From assembly GCA_040902515.1 (NCBI GenBank), contig JBBDXB010000006.1, forward strand, positions 268,280 through 332,279: DNA of 64,000 nucleotides, given 5' to 3'. This document shows positions 28,979 through 39,895 of this stretch, piece by piece. A program made the position numbers and the translations under genes. Within the stretch, counting starts at the first letter, position 1; each line of letters opens with the position of its first letter. The notes beneath the pieces were generated by a model, which saw nothing but the letters and a program-made list of their open reading frames with translations, made no database searches and was not told the DNA's origin. The stretch comes from Patescibacteria group bacterium. GTDB taxonomy: Bacteria > Patescibacteriota > SICC01.

Positions 28979-28982
28979 GGGA

Positions 28983-29954
28983 TCAACCGCCGGCTATGAG
29001 CTTGCGGTCCGCGTCTACCATCAGGCGGATCAGCTCTTCGAAGCTGGTCTTCGGCTTCCAGCCGAGCTCCTTCTCCGCCTTGGAGTAATCGCCGACCAGC
29101 TGGTCCACCTCCGCCGGCCGTAAGAACTTCTTGTTGAGCTTCACATACTTCTCCCAGTCGAGACCGGCCTGGTCGAACGCCACCTGCACGCACTCCTTCA
29201 CGGAGTGGGTCTCGCCGGTCGCGATCACGAAGTCCTCGGACCGGTCCTGCTGCAGCATCAGCCACATCGCCTCCACGTAGTCCTTGGCGTAGCCCCAGTC
29301 GCGCTCGGCGTCGAGGTTGCCGAGTTCGAGCGAATCGCGGACACCTTCCTTGATCGCGGCCGCGTGCCAGCTGATCTTCCGGGTCACGAACTCCAGGCCG
29401 CGCCGGGGACTCTCGTGGTTGAAGAGGATGCCGCTCGAAGCATGGAGGTCGTAGGACTCGCGATAATTCACGGTGATGAAGTGGCCGTACGCCTTGGCCA
29501 CTCCGTAGGGCGAACGAGGGTAGAACGGCGTCAGCTCGGTCTGCGGTATCTCGCGGACCTTGCCGAACATCTCGCTGGAAGAGGCCTGGTAGAACCGTAC
29601 CTCCGGACAGACCTCGCGGACCGCCTCGAGCAGGCGCGTCACGCCCACGCCGGTGAACTCGGCCGTGAGCACCGGCTGCGTCCAGGACGTGTGCACGAAC
29701 GACATCGCGGCGAGATTGTAGATCTCGTCGGGCTTGGCCTCGCGGAGCGTGTCGCCGAGCGACCGCTGGTCGAGCAAGTCGCCCTGATGCAGGGTGATCT
29801 TGTCCCGCAGGTGCTCGACCCGTTCCAGCTTCTCGGTCGAGGAACGGCGGACCATGCCATGGACCTCGTATCCCTTGTCGAGTAGCAGCTCGGCCAGATA
29901 CGAGCCGTCCTGGCCGGTAATGCCCGTGATTAATGCTCGTTTAGCTTTTGCCAT
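28983..29954 (-). CDS. gmd: GDP-mannose 4,6-dehydratase
   Basis: [23 protein letters not shown]. Confidence 0.97.
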   Translation of the reverse strand: MAKAKRALITGITGQDGSYLAELLLDKGYEVHGMVRRSSTEKLERVEHLRDKITLHQGDLLDQRSLGDTLREAKPDEIYNLAAMSFVHTSWTQPVLTAEFTGVGVTRLLEAVREVCPEVRFYQASSSEMFGKVREIPQTELTPFYPRSPYGVAKAYGHFITVNYRESYDLHASSGILFNHESPRRGLEFVTRKISWHAAAIKEGVRDSLELGNLDAERDWGYAKDYVEAMWLMLQQDRSEDFVIATGETHSVKECVQVAFDQAGLDWEKYVKLNKKFLRPAEVDQLVGDYSKAEKELGWKPKTSFEELIRLMVDADRKLIAGG

Positions 29955-30885
29955 ACGTGTTCCGTGCGCTTTCCAATAGCTCCTTCAGGGTCTGTTCGAT
30001 CGGTATCGCCGGCTCCCAGCCGAGGGCCCGGAGCTTGGCCGCGTCACCCTCGACTCTCGGGGTGTCCGACGGCCGGAGGCGGTCTTCGTCAACGACGACA
30101 TTTATTGTAGCAGGTGACGTTTCCAGCATGGCTTCGAGCAAGTGCCCGATCGAGTGCGCTTCGCCGGACGCCACGTTGTACGCCTCGCCCGGTACGCCTC
30201 GCTCCATCAGGATCCGGTAGGCGTCCGCGACGTCCCGGACGTCGAGGAAGTCCCGGGCGGCGTCGAGATTGCCGACGCTGATCTCCCCGCTGCCGCGGGC
30301 CTCGATTTCCGCGATCTGCGTGGCGAAGTCGGGGAGCGCGAAGCCGCCGCGTTGGCCCGGCCCGGTGTGGTTGAACGAGCGGGCGATGATCACGGGGAGC
30401 CCCCGTTTGTCCCCGAACCAGCGGGCCAGCTCCTCGCAGCGGGCCTTGCTCTCGCCGTAGGGATCGTTCGGGTTGAGGTGTTCGGTCTCCGCGATCGGCT
30501 GGCGGTCCTCCGGAACGCCCCCGTACACGCCGCCCGAGCTGACCAGGAGGACCCGCGGCTTGGGATCAAGCGCGGCCGCGCCTTCGAGGACCGATCGCGT
30601 CGTCCCCACGTTGCCGGTGACGGCGGCGCCGGGATCTTCCCAGGAGTGGCCCGGAGACACCTCCGGCGCGGCAAGGTGGAAGATGCCTTCCGGTGCCGCG
30701 TCCAGGACCGCTTGCTGCGTCGCCGCTTCGTCGGCCAGGTCGCAGACGACCTCCGCCGCCCCCTCGATGCCGAGCGAGCCGGGCTTCCGCACCAGCCCGG
30801 TCACCTCATGCCCGTCCTTGAGCAGTCCCCGTACCAGGTGTTTCCCGGCGAAGCCGCCGGCACCGGTCACGAGGTACCGGCTCAT
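29941..30885 (-). CDS. rmd: GDP-4-keto-6-deoxy-D-mannose reductase (Rmd-like SDR)
   Basis: [32 protein letters not shown]; paired with gmd. Confidence 0.78.
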   Translation of the reverse strand: MSRYLVTGAGGFAGKHLVRGLLKDGHEVTGLVRKPGSLGIEGAAEVVCDLADEAATQQAVLDAAPEGIFHLAAPEVSPGHSWEDPGAAVTGNVGTTRSVLEGAAALDPKPRVLLVSSGGVYGGVPEDRQPIAETEHLNPNDPYGESKARCEELARWFGDKRGLPVIIARSFNHTGPGQRGGFALPDFATQIAEIEARGSGEISVGNLDAARDFLDVRDVADAYRILMERGVPGEAYNVASGEAHSIGHLLEAMLETSPATINVVVDEDRLRPSDTPRVEGDAAKLRALGWEPAIPIEQTLKELLESARNTYGKS

Positions 30886-32006
30886 CGGGATCCTCCGAGC
30901 ACGTCACGATAGACGGCCACCGTCTCCTTGGCCGTCCGCCGCCAGGAGAACTTCCGTGCCCGCTGCCGGCCGGCCGCGGCCAGCTCTTTCCGGAGCTTCG
31001 GTTCGTCGGTGATCCGGACCAGAGCCTTGCTAAGCGCCGCCGTATTCTCCGGATCAACCGCCAGCGCAGCATCGCCGTATACCTCCGGCATCGACGAGGT
31101 ATTTGAAGTCACGACCGGCGTACCTGACGCCATCGCTTCCAGGATCGGAATCCCGAATCCCTCGTAGTGCGAAGGGAAGACGAAGGCCTCGGCACCCTGG
31201 TAGAGCGCCGGCAGGTCCGGGTCGGGCACGTAGCCGAGGAACGTGACCCGGTCCGTGATGCCGAGCTCGCCGATCAGCCGTTTGGTCTCGTCGAAGTACC
31301 AGCCCTGGCCGCCCGCGATCGCCAGCCGGAGGTCCAGGCGGTCCTTTTGCGCAGCATACGCCTTGAACAGGGTCGCCAGGTTCTTCCGTGGCTCGAGGTT
31401 GCCGACCGCCAGGAAGTACGGGTCCCGCAGCTTGTAGCGGCGTAGCACCTTCCCCCGGTCGGCCGCGGAAAGGCGCCTCGAGAACCGCTCGTCCGCGGCA
31501 AGGTGGGTGACGACGATCTTGTCTTCCGGCGTGCCGTATTGTTCGATCACCGCCCGTTTCGTGGCCTCGGAGATCGCGAGCACCCGCTCGGCACCGGCGA
31601 TCGTCTCCGGCAGGTACTTCCGGAGCCGCTTCAGCGTTTCGGCCTCCGTGTACTCCGGATACCGCTCGAACGCCAGGTCGTAGACGGTCGTGACGTACGG
31701 CCGGCGGGTCGGCATGGTCGAGTAGTTCGGGAAGTGCCAGAGGTCGGGATCGGGACCGAGCGTCCGCGGGGACGGCCAGCGCAGGAAGTGCCAGTAGTTC
31801 TCCATGCCCCACTGGAAGTAGCCGCTGAACGGGTGGTGGACCGTGCCTTTGATCATCCGCGGCGGCTTGGTGCCAAAGAGGTGGTACGCCAGGCCGGGAT
31901 CGGCCTCCGGCAGCGCGCCGATCAAGCCCACCAGGTACTTGGCCACGCCGCTGTGCAGGCCGGCGAGCCAGCGGGTGTCGATGGCGATCGTGGGCTTGTC
32001 GCTCAT
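30882..32006 (-). CDS. GT4 glycosyltransferase
   Basis: [20 protein letters not shown]. Confidence 0.93.
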   Translation of the reverse strand: MSDKPTIAIDTRWLAGLHSGVAKYLVGLIGALPEADPGLAYHLFGTKPPRMIKGTVHHPFSGYFQWGMENYWHFLRWPSPRTLGPDPDLWHFPNYSTMPTRRPYVTTVYDLAFERYPEYTEAETLKRLRKYLPETIAGAERVLAISEATKRAVIEQYGTPEDKIVVTHLAADERFSRRLSAADRGKVLRRYKLRDPYFLAVGNLEPRKNLATLFKAYAAQKDRLDLRLAIAGGQGWYFDETKRLIGELGITDRVTFLGYVPDPDLPALYQGAEAFVFPSHYEGFGIPILEAMASGTPVVTSNTSSMPEVYGDAALAVDPENTAALSKALVRITDEPKLRKELAAAGRQRARKFSWRRTAKETVAVYRDVLGGSR

Positions 32007-32827
32007 CGGCGGATTGCACGAATCATTGCCGTACTGCCAAGCATGTTGCTGACCGGCTTCCGCGCGTCCAGCTCATACACGAAGCCGGCCTCGTCGAGAA
32101 TCTGCAATAGCTCGGCAAGGCTGTTTTCTTCCACGTGATGGAACTCCAGTAGGATCGTTCGCACCTGCTTGAGCTTCGCCTTGGCTGCCCGAAGCACCCG
32201 GACTTCGCTACCTTCTATATCTACCTTGAGAATGTCCGCAGGTTGTTTCAAGACCGACGCCAGCGTGGTGGCCGGGATCTGCTGCGAGCGGATCGAACCT
32301 TTCGGCCCCAGCTTCTTGCGAAACGTCCGGTTGATCGACTGGGTGGTGTCGCCTGCGAAGTCCGGGTCGCCGTACAGCGTGACGGTTCCCGCCTTATCGG
32401 AGAGCGCCTTGCGGATAATCGTGGCGTCCTCGAAGCCGTTCGTGCGGAGGTTGTCCTCAAGGTACGTGGCGGTATTGCTGTCAGGTTCGATGCAAACGAT
32501 TGAGGCCTTCGGATTCTGGCGAAGCAGGTACAGTGCGGCCAGACCGATGTTGGCACCCGCATCCACGATCCGTGGCGAGCGACCCTTGGCGCGCGCGCGA
32601 TAATCGTTGGTCAGCAGTACCTCGCTGTACAGATGCCTGAGCAGCCAGAGCGAGGGGTAATACACCCGGAACCCGAACAGCTTGAGTGGTCGCTTGCGGC
32701 GCGGCCATACGGTGAGCCAAAACAGGACTTTCAGATATCCGCGGTAGAGCAGCCATCGGTCCGGGTTGCTACGGTCAGACAAGAAACGGGCGTAGTGCCA
32801 GGTGGTGGTGATTGCTCGATATGCCAT
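32003..32827 (-). CDS. FkbM family methyltransferase
   Basis: DAGANIG, IEP, LKVDIEGSE. Confidence 0.92.
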   Translation of the reverse strand: MAYRAITTTWHYARFLSDRSNPDRWLLYRGYLKVLFWLTVWPRRKRPLKLFGFRVYYPSLWLLRHLYSEVLLTNDYRARAKGRSPRIVDAGANIGLAALYLLRQNPKASIVCIEPDSNTATYLEDNLRTNGFEDATIIRKALSDKAGTVTLYGDPDFAGDTTQSINRTFRKKLGPKGSIRSQQIPATTLASVLKQPADILKVDIEGSEVRVLRAAKAKLKQVRTILLEFHHVEENSLAELLQILDEAGFVYELDARKPVSNMLGSTAMIRAIRR

Positions 32828-32841
32828 TGCTCAAGGATACC

Positions 32842-34281
32842 TTACGTTTTAGACACCCGCTTCCGCAGCATGCCGACGAGCTCTTTCAACGTATCCTTGT
32901 CCACTGCCCGGAACAGAACCAGCCCGCCGAGATACGTCGTCGAGCCAGCCAGGAATGCCAGGAGGGGAAGGTGCATGAGCGGCAGCATCACCGCGACCAT
33001 CACGACGGCCGCCGCCACTGCCCGCAGGGGAATGGCCGGGGACAGGGAGAAGCCGGCCAGCTTCCGCGTGTACCGATAATAGAAGGTGATCAGGAAGACC
33101 TCGGAGATAAGCGTGGCCACGGCGGCTCCGATGAACCCGTAAGGCGGGATCAGGAACAGGTTGAGCACGATGTTCAGCACCAGGCTGTACGTGCTGATCC
33201 GCAGCATCACCTTTTGCTTGCCGAGGGCGAGCAGCAATGAGCCGAGGGCGAGGACGCTGAACGTGAACGGCATGGTCAGCAGCACGACCCGTAGCGCGTC
33301 CGATCCGGCTACGAATTCCTGGCCGCCGACGATCCGCATGACGAAGGGGGCGATGGTCAGCGAGCCAGCCGCGATACCGAGTCCGCCGATGAAAAGGATG
33401 TTGAAGCTCTTCTGGGTGAATGCCCGGGCCTTGGCGGAACTCTCCTTGAGCCGCCGGTTAAGGATCGGGAACGTCGAGTTGTTGAAGAACCCGGAAAAGA
33501 CCATGAGCAGTTCGAATACTTTGAAGACCGCGCCATAGATGCCGACATCCGCATTGGTCTTGAAGAAGGACAGCAGCAGGATGTCGACCCGGAAGTATAG
33601 CTGTACGACCACGAGCGTCAGTCCGTAGGGCAACGCTTCCCTGAGCAATCCTTTCCAGAGGATCAGGTCTTTCATCGGCTTGACCCGGACGTACCTCCGG
33701 ACGAGCCAGGTCGATACCAGGAACGTCACGAAAGCGCCGAGGGACGCGGTCGCGACCACGGCATAAAAACCAAGGCCGAGTGCCGCCACCGCTATGACGG
33801 CGCCCAGCGCGATGGCTCGACCTGCTAAGTCGGCGATCGCGGCATACCCCATTACCAAACGCGACTGGAAGACGGCCATCATCGCCGAGTTGAGCAGGCC
33901 GAAGAGATGCGCACCGCCGGCGATTATGATGCCGATCCGAACATCGGGTTCATACGGCAACAGCCAGGAGACACCTATGGCAATCAGCAACACGATGACA
34001 CCAAGGAGCCCGCGGAGTGCCAGGGTATTGGAAAAGATCTCCTGCGTGCGGCGGAGATTCTTGCTCATTTCACGGATAGAGATCGTGAACAGCCCCATGT
34101 CCGCGGCAATACCGAAAATCGAGAGGTAGACGAGGACTAGCGTAAACTTGCCGTAACCCTCCGCCCCGAGGTACCGGGTCAGGATGGCCACGGACACAAG
34201 GCCCATCACGATCACGAACGTCTTCGCGATCGACTGCACCAACGTGTTCAGTGCTATTTTCTTCGTAGCGCTTTGGTTCAT
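32842..34281 (-). CDS. wzx: Wzx-type oligosaccharide flippase
   Basis: RYLG..YG, DMG, VD.LLL..VGIY, LIP.YG.IGAA; ~14 TM helices. Confidence 0.9.
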   Translation of the reverse strand: MNQSATKKIALNTLVQSIAKTFVIVMGLVSVAILTRYLGAEGYGKFTLVLVYLSIFGIAADMGLFTISIREMSKNLRRTQEIFSNTLALRGLLGVIVLLIAIGVSWLLPYEPDVRIGIIIAGGAHLFGLLNSAMMAVFQSRLVMGYAAIADLAGRAIALGAVIAVAALGLGFYAVVATASLGAFVTFLVSTWLVRRYVRVKPMKDLILWKGLLREALPYGLTLVVVQLYFRVDILLLSFFKTNADVGIYGAVFKVFELLMVFSGFFNNSTFPILNRRLKESSAKARAFTQKSFNILFIGGLGIAAGSLTIAPFVMRIVGGQEFVAGSDALRVVLLTMPFTFSVLALGSLLLALGKQKVMLRISTYSLVLNIVLNLFLIPPYGFIGAAVATLISEVFLITFYYRYTRKLAGFSLSPAIPLRAVAAAVVMVAVMLPLMHLPLLAFLAGSTTYLGGLVLFRAVDKDTLKELVGMLRKRVSKT

Positions 34282-34339
34282 GCAGAATTCATTGTATGCA
34301 ATGAAGCAACGAACCGATATCTGCTAGGATAGTTTCGTT

Positions 34340-34552
34340 ATGAGCGATCAGCTGAAAACTCTCACCGGTTCCATCGCCCTCGGCATCCTGGTCGTCCCCT
34401 CGACCGCGCATGCCTACATCGACCCGGGAACGGGCAGCGTGATCATCCAGGCGATCATCGGTGGCGTAGTAGCGGTAGGGTTCTTCCTGAAGACCAACTG
34501 GCTGCGGGTGAAGCAGCTGGTACGGCGCGTATCCGGCGGGAAGAAGAAGTAG
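34340..34552 (+). CDS. Small membrane protein with AHA-YIDPGTGS motif
   Basis: Signal-like N-terminus, YIDPGTG motif, TM helix, basic tail. Confidence 0.75.
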   Translation: MSDQLKTLTGSIALGILVVPSTAHAYIDPGTGSVIIQAIIGGVVAVGFFLKTNWLRVKQLVRRVSGGKKK

Positions 34553-34559
34553 CACTTCC

Positions 34560-36169
34560 ATGAATGCCAAGAAGCTCGCAGGAATATCCCGCCGGTTCTT
34601 CGAGGTGCTTTCCTCCGAAGCCATGGTGACATCCGCGGTTCTTGCGAGCTTCTACGCATTGCCGATCATTCTCTTCACTAAGAAGAACATCCATTCCATG
34701 CCGATCTCGGAAGCGGTCGCGCTCTTGGTGGCTTCGTTGCTGTTGGGCCTGGCCGTGGTCGCGGTGTGCTTCCTGCTCTTGCGGAGCTGGATGAAAGCCG
34801 CGATCTTGGCGGCAGTCTTAGCCTTTCCCCTCCTGCAGTATCTCGATCTCAAGGGGTGGGTCACCTCTGCGCTGCCGATCGGGGATGCTGTCGCGGTCGG
34901 CCTTTTGTTCCTAGTTCTACCTGCCGGTGCATTCCTGCTGGTTAAACGGCTGGGATTCGAGCGGACCCGGATGCTGGCAAGCTACTTGGCGATCGTCGGC
35001 CCACTGATCGCAGCGTACTCCCTGGCCCAGATCTCGATTTCCTTGGTCAATAATTCCGGGACGACCGTGACGGTCGATAGCGAAGACCTGCGGAGTACCG
35101 CGGTGAAGCCGCCCGAACGGAAACCGGACATCTACTATCTGGTGTTTGACCGGTACGAAGGGCAGATCGGACTCAAGGAAAGCTTCGACTTCGACAATAG
35201 CGAGTTCCTGGATGAGCTTCGTTCCCTGGGATTCTACGTGGCCGATCAGAGTTTCAGCAATTACCCGACGACCCGACCATCGTTAGCCTCCTCCCTCAAT
35301 GGCGGCGAATTAGTGGTGCATGGTTCGGAGCACATAAAATCAGCCAAGCCGCTCAACCCACTGTTTTACGAACCTGCGGTCGCCGCGTTCCTGAAAGACA
35401 AGCTCGATTACTCGTTCGCTGAGATCGGGTCTTGGGGACCGGACACGCAAACATCCCGGATCGCGGACCGGAATCCGCGGCCGGCCTGGCAGATCGACTT
35501 CTTCGGAGAGCATCACCTTCCGTACTATTCCGGGATCTTTCTGGTAGGCACCGCGCCGGGGAACGCGTACGACCGGTATGGCGGGACTAACTTCTCCCAG
35601 TACCAATCCCACGGCGACATCTTCCTGGACCAATTGGATGCGATCAGACAGCAAGCGAAGCATGACGAACCCACGTTCGTCTTCAGCCATCTCCTGATGC
35701 CGCATCCACCGTTGGTGTTCGACGAGCGGGGAGGCCCGAGCGACTCCGGTCTCCGAATGATCAGCGGTTCCTGAAACAGCTTCAGTTCACTAACAACCAC
35801 ATACTTGCCCTGGTCAGGGACCTGCTCGCCCAGCACAAGGATGATCCCCCTATTATCATCCTCGCGGCAGATGAGGGAGAGTACGAAAAACTCGGAGAGG
35901 ATCAGGATTTATCTAATTTTTCAGCCGGAGCCAGCGACCAGGCGCTCAGGAAGAAAACAAACATCCTGGCAGCGTTCCGTTTTCCCGGAGAGCGACATGA
36001 AGACCTTTATCCGACGATCACGCCAGTCAACTTCTTCCGGGTAACGTTCAACGAATTCTTCGGAACTGACCTGGAGCTCCAGCCGGATCAAATCCGTACG
36101 GTACGGTCGAGCGACATGCCTCTGGGCTGGGTAGATGTCACCGAACGCGTGCGGCAAGACTCAAAGTAA
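34560..36169 (+). pseudogene. Membrane-bound sulfatase/LTA-synthase-like protein split by a frameshift near 35750
   Basis: PDIYYLVFDRY, NYPTTRPSL and HLLMPHPP in the first frame; the family continues in the -1 frame (QLQFTN..PIIILAADEG..TPVNFFR) to TAA at 36169. Confidence 0.8.
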
Positions 36170-36182
36170 CTAACCGGATCGG

Positions 36183-37532
36183 CTAAGCGACATGCGCGCG
36201 CCGCGACAGCAACGCGCTCAGCAGCACCGCCCCCAGCAGTAGTCCCGGCACCTGGCTCCAGAAGAAGTGGTCGGCGGCGGCCATCAGCACGAAGGCGCCG
36301 GTGACGGAGAGCAGCATGAATTCGATGGAGCGCTCGCGGCGGTTCCGCGACGAACTGCGGTGGAAGCGCCTACCGAGCCGTGCCGCGAACCATGCCAACA
36401 GTGCCCCGCCGAGCAGGCCGAGCTCCGCGGTCGCGAGCAGCGGCACGTTATGCACGGGCTGGTACTGGTACGCCGGCCGGCCGGCATCGAGCAGGTGTGC
36501 CACCGGGACGAAGTTGCCGATGCCCGCGCCGTGCGGCTGGGTGGTGATCACCAGGGCCGCCTGGCGGTAGCCGACGGCGCGGTTGGTGATGCCGGTCTCG
36601 TCCCGCGACTCGAGGCTGGTGCGCTGCATCAGTGCCGGGGCCAGCACGAGCGCGACCGCGAGCGTCGCGGCGGCGGCGATTCCGGCGGCGGGCGGCAGCC
36701 ACTGCCAGCGCCGCCAGGAAAAGAGCGCGACCAGCACGCCGCCCACCAGCGTGGCGATGATCGCCACCCGGGAGAACGTCACGAGCAGTCCCGCCCCGAG
36801 CAGGGCCAGGAGCAGCGCGAAGCCGAGCTGCCGCAACCGCGACCGTTCGCCGTTCTTCCAGAAGACGACCGTGCCGACCCAGAACGCGGCCAGGGACAGG
36901 TAGGCGGCCAGCACGTTCGGGTGCGGAAGACTGCCGTAGGCGCGGACCAGCGGCCCCTCGATCGTCGCGACCTTGGCGATGCCCGCCTTGTCCGGCGCCA
37001 GGCCGCTCTCGCCGAGCCGCCAAAGGCCGAAGTCATGTTGTGCCGCGTACTGCGCGATGCCCCAGACGGCCTGGAGCGCGGCGGCCGCGGTGAACGTCCA
37101 GAACACCGCCCGCAGGAACGCGCGGTCCCGGAGCTCGTACGCCAGCATGGCCGCCAGGGAGAACGCGACGGCGAGGTGGATGGCCCCTACCCCCGCCAGC
37201 AACGGCTCCGGCGCCCAAAGGATGGAAGCGGCCGCCAGCACTACCAGCCCGAGAAGCGGGGCTAGTAGGGAAGCGTTCTGCCGCAGCACCCTCCGGTGCC
37301 GGGCGTCCCGGAGTCGGAGGGCGCTCCATGCCGCGGCCGTCACCAGCACCAGCCCCTCGATCAGGTAAAAGACCGGCACGGCGAAGCTGTTCCGCGCTCC
37401 CGCGACCGTGGCGTTTGCCTCGGAGATGATCCAGACGCTTCCGACGGGAAGCAGGAAGACGGTGAGCAGCAAGAGCCCGCGGACCCACCGGTCCGACGTG
37501 CGTTCGCCCAAGCGCATCCAAGCAGCCTTCAT
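36183..37532 (-). CDS. O-antigen ligase (Wzy_C) family protein
   Basis: RAYGSLPHPN, TFSR, QPVHNVPLL..AELG. Confidence 0.88.
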   Translation of the reverse strand: MKAAWMRLGERTSDRWVRGLLLLTVFLLPVGSVWIISEANATVAGARNSFAVPVFYLIEGLVLVTAAAWSALRLRDARHRRVLRQNASLLAPLLGLVVLAAASILWAPEPLLAGVGAIHLAVAFSLAAMLAYELRDRAFLRAVFWTFTAAAALQAVWGIAQYAAQHDFGLWRLGESGLAPDKAGIAKVATIEGPLVRAYGSLPHPNVLAAYLSLAAFWVGTVVFWKNGERSRLRQLGFALLLALLGAGLLVTFSRVAIIATLVGGVLVALFSWRRWQWLPPAAGIAAAATLAVALVLAPALMQRTSLESRDETGITNRAVGYRQAALVITTQPHGAGIGNFVPVAHLLDAGRPAYQYQPVHNVPLLATAELGLLGGALLAWFAARLGRRFHRSSSRNRRERSIEFMLLSVTGAFVLMAAADHFFWSQVPGLLLGAVLLSALLSRRAHVA

Positions 37533-37665
37533 GAGCCCATTGTAGAGGAGGTGGCGCACTACAGGCTCCCGGCTTCTTGCCAGAAGCACTATGTGACTGG
37601 GCTCAAGGACATGGTGGGAAGTGGTGTAGCTTTGGGGGTGCTTCGGTAAGAAGTCGGGAGCCTGT

Positions 37666-38121
37666 TTACTGCTCGACCTTCTTGATCATCACCCGCCGGC
37701 CACCGCCTTCGCCGATCGATTCGGTGGTCACCTCGGGATCGTCCCGCAGCTCCACGTGCACCAGCCGCCGCTCGTACGAGGTCATCGGTGAGAGCACGGT
37801 CAGCCGGCCAGTCTGTTTCACCTCTTCCGCCTTCTGCTTGGCGGTCTCCTTGAGCTGCTCCTGCTGGCGGCTGCGGTAGCCGTCCACGTCCACGATCGCG
37901 GTCGGCGAGCCGCCGGCGCGTGCGACCATCACCCGCAGCACGTGCTGGAGCGAACGGATCGCTTCGCCGCGGTGGCCGATCAGCGTCGCCGGATCCTCGA
38001 CGTCGACGATCTCCAGCAGCGGCGGGTCGTCCTCGCGCTGCTCGACCGTGGCATCTATCCCCATCTTCGCCAGGAGTTCGGCGAGCAGCTCACGGGGTTG
38101 GGTGAGGGTCTGCGTCGTCAT
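37666..38121 (-). CDS. jag: Jag/KhpB RNA-binding protein (KH + R3H)
   Basis: LIGHRGE, ERRLVH, ESIGEG; gene context. Confidence 0.93.
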   Translation of the reverse strand: MTTQTLTQPRELLAELLAKMGIDATVEQREDDPPLLEIVDVEDPATLIGHRGEAIRSLQHVLRVMVARAGGSPTAIVDVDGYRSRQQEQLKETAKQKAEEVKQTGRLTVLSPMTSYERRLVHVELRDDPEVTTESIGEGGGRRVMIKKVEQ

Positions 38122-38981
38122 TTCCGGCCCTTGCCCTTACTGCCCTTGCCGCGCGATCGCACGGTCACCTGAGCGCCTTTCTTGCCTCGCTTTCCCCTGG
38201 CCTGCGTGCCTTTCGTTTTCCGCCCTCCCTTGCCGTTCACGGGGTCGGACGGGTTCGCCTCGTTCCAGTCTTCCACGGCAACGGCCCGTTCCGCCGACAG
38301 CGGATGCCGCCGGATGATGTAGTACTGCTGGAGGATCGTGAAGATGGTGGAGCTGGCCCAGTAGAGCGGCAGGGCGGCCGGCAGGGTGATCGCGAACACC
38401 AGCGTCAGCACCGGGAACAGGAACATCAGTTGCCGGCTCATGCCCGGTATGTTGCCGTCCTTCGGCATCATCATCCGCGCCTGCCAGAACATCACGCCCG
38501 CGGTGACCACGCCGAGGATCATGTTCGAAGGCTGGAAGCCGACCGTCGAAAGGTCGAGGACGCCGAAGAACGCGGTGTCGACCGGGCCGGGGTGCGGCAC
38601 GAACGAATAGAGGTGGTCGAACGCCTTGCCGTCGATCACGTCCTTGATCGCGAAGAAGATCACGATCAGGAACGGGATCTGGACCAGCGTCGGCAGGCAC
38701 GAAGCCGCCGGGTTCACGCCCTCCTTCTGGTAGAAGGCCATCATCTCCTTGGCCAGCGTCTCGCGGTCGTCCTTGTGCTTCTCCTGGAGTTTCTTGAGCT
38801 CCGGCTGCAGCGCCTGCATCCGCCGCTGCGCCTTGAACGCCTTGGCAGAGAACGGCCCCACCGCGAACCGGACCAGCAGCGTGAGGATGATGATCGCGAT
38901 GCCGAAGTCGCCGGTCAGGCCGTACAGCCAGATCAGGGCGTTGAATATCGGGTCGAAAAAGATGGTCGAAAGCAGTTCCAT
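38118..38981 (-). CDS. yidC: Membrane protein insertase YidC (short, monoderm type)
   Basis: LQPELKKLQEK, NPAASCLP.LVQIP, LYW. Confidence 0.96.
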   Translation of the reverse strand: MELLSTIFFDPIFNALIWLYGLTGDFGIAIIILTLLVRFAVGPFSAKAFKAQRRMQALQPELKKLQEKHKDDRETLAKEMMAFYQKEGVNPAASCLPTLVQIPFLIVIFFAIKDVIDGKAFDHLYSFVPHPGPVDTAFFGVLDLSTVGFQPSNMILGVVTAGVMFWQARMMMPKDGNIPGMSRQLMFLFPVLTLVFAITLPAALPLYWASSTIFTILQQYYIIRRHPLSAERAVAVEDWNEANPSDPVNGKGGRKTKGTQARGKRGKKGAQVTVRSRGKGSKGKGRK

Positions 38982-38990
38982 GGTTCCTCG

Positions 38991-39230
38991 TTATCTCCTT
39001 ACGGGGTCAAATCCGCCGGCGGCGCCGGGGTGGCAGCGGCCGATCCGCTTCATGCCGAGCCAGAGGCCCCGGCGTACCCCGAGCCGCTCCACGGCTTCCT
39101 TGGCGTATTCCGAGCAGGTCGGATGGAACCGGCAGGTGCCGTACGGGCGCCGGCCCTTGAGCCAGCCGTGATCCGGCGAGAGGGTCCGCTGGTACAGGAC
39201 GATCAGGCCGATGACGGCGCGCTTGGTCAT
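38991..39230 (-). CDS. yidD: Membrane protein insertion efficiency factor
   Basis: [20 protein letters not shown]. Confidence 0.96.
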   Translation of the reverse strand: MTKRAVIGLIVLYQRTLSPDHGWLKGRRPYGTCRFHPTCSEYAKEAVERLGVRRGLWLGMKRIGRCHPGAAGGFDPVRR

Positions 39231-39571
39231 GTGCGCGCCTCCGACCGTTCCAGCCGCGCGAGCAAGGCGTCGAATTCGTCGGCCAGCGCCGTATGTCCGG
39301 CCGTAGCCGCCGGACGCCTCGCCGAAACGACGACCTCGGCGGTGCCGAGCCGGGGCCGGGCCGTACGCACGATGTCCCGGAGGCGGCGTTTCGTCCGGTT
39401 CCGGACGACGGCCCGTTCGCTGACGGACTTGCCGACCACGAACCCAGCCTTGAATCCGTCCGCCGGACGGAGCCGGACGCTGATCAGCCGGCCGTGCGCG
39501 GCCCGGCCTTCGCTGAATACCCGGTCGAATTCGTCGGGCTTCCTGAGCCGGAACATCCGCGGAATCATCAT
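39227..39571 (-). CDS. rnpA: RNase P protein component
   Basis: [12 protein letters not shown] motif; synteny. Confidence 0.93.
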   Translation of the reverse strand: MMIPRMFRLRKPDEFDRVFSEGRAAHGRLISVRLRPADGFKAGFVVGKSVSERAVVRNRTKRRLRDIVRTARPRLGTAEVVVSARRPAATAGHTALADEFDALLARLERSEART

Positions 39572-39588
39572 GATGAGCGGGGCCGCCG

Positions 39589-39732
39589 TCACGCCGTCAC
39601 CGTCAGGCGCTTGCGTCCCTTGGCCCGTCGGCGCGCCAGGATCTGCTGGCCGTCCCGGGTCTGCATGCGTTTGCGGAACCCGTGTTTGCGGGCCCGGCGG
39701 CGCTTCGAGGGCTGGTATGTTCGCTTAACCAC
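39589..39732 (-). CDS. rpmH: 50S ribosomal protein L34
   Basis: [21 protein letters not shown]; GTG start. Confidence 0.97.
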   Translation of the reverse strand: MVKRTYQPSKRRRARKHGFRKRMQTRDGQQILARRRAKGRKRLTVTA

Positions 39733-39837
39733 CCGTCCAGTGTACCGCATTTCGTCGCGCGAGTGACCGTCCCGCCGACCCGTTTCCGACGGGATCTGGG
39801 GATGTTTCTGCCGGAGTTGGGGATGATCGGGTGGGAT

Positions 39838-39867
39838 TGTGTATGCTGTGGATAGCTCTGCTATCAT
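39838..39867 (+). promoter_or_regulatory. dnaA promoter with DnaA-box-like sites
   Basis: TGTGTATGC and TGTGGATAG just upstream of extended -10 TGcTATCAT. Confidence 0.6.
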
Positions 39868-39895
39868 GTCGGAGCACAACTTGGAAAACGTATTG

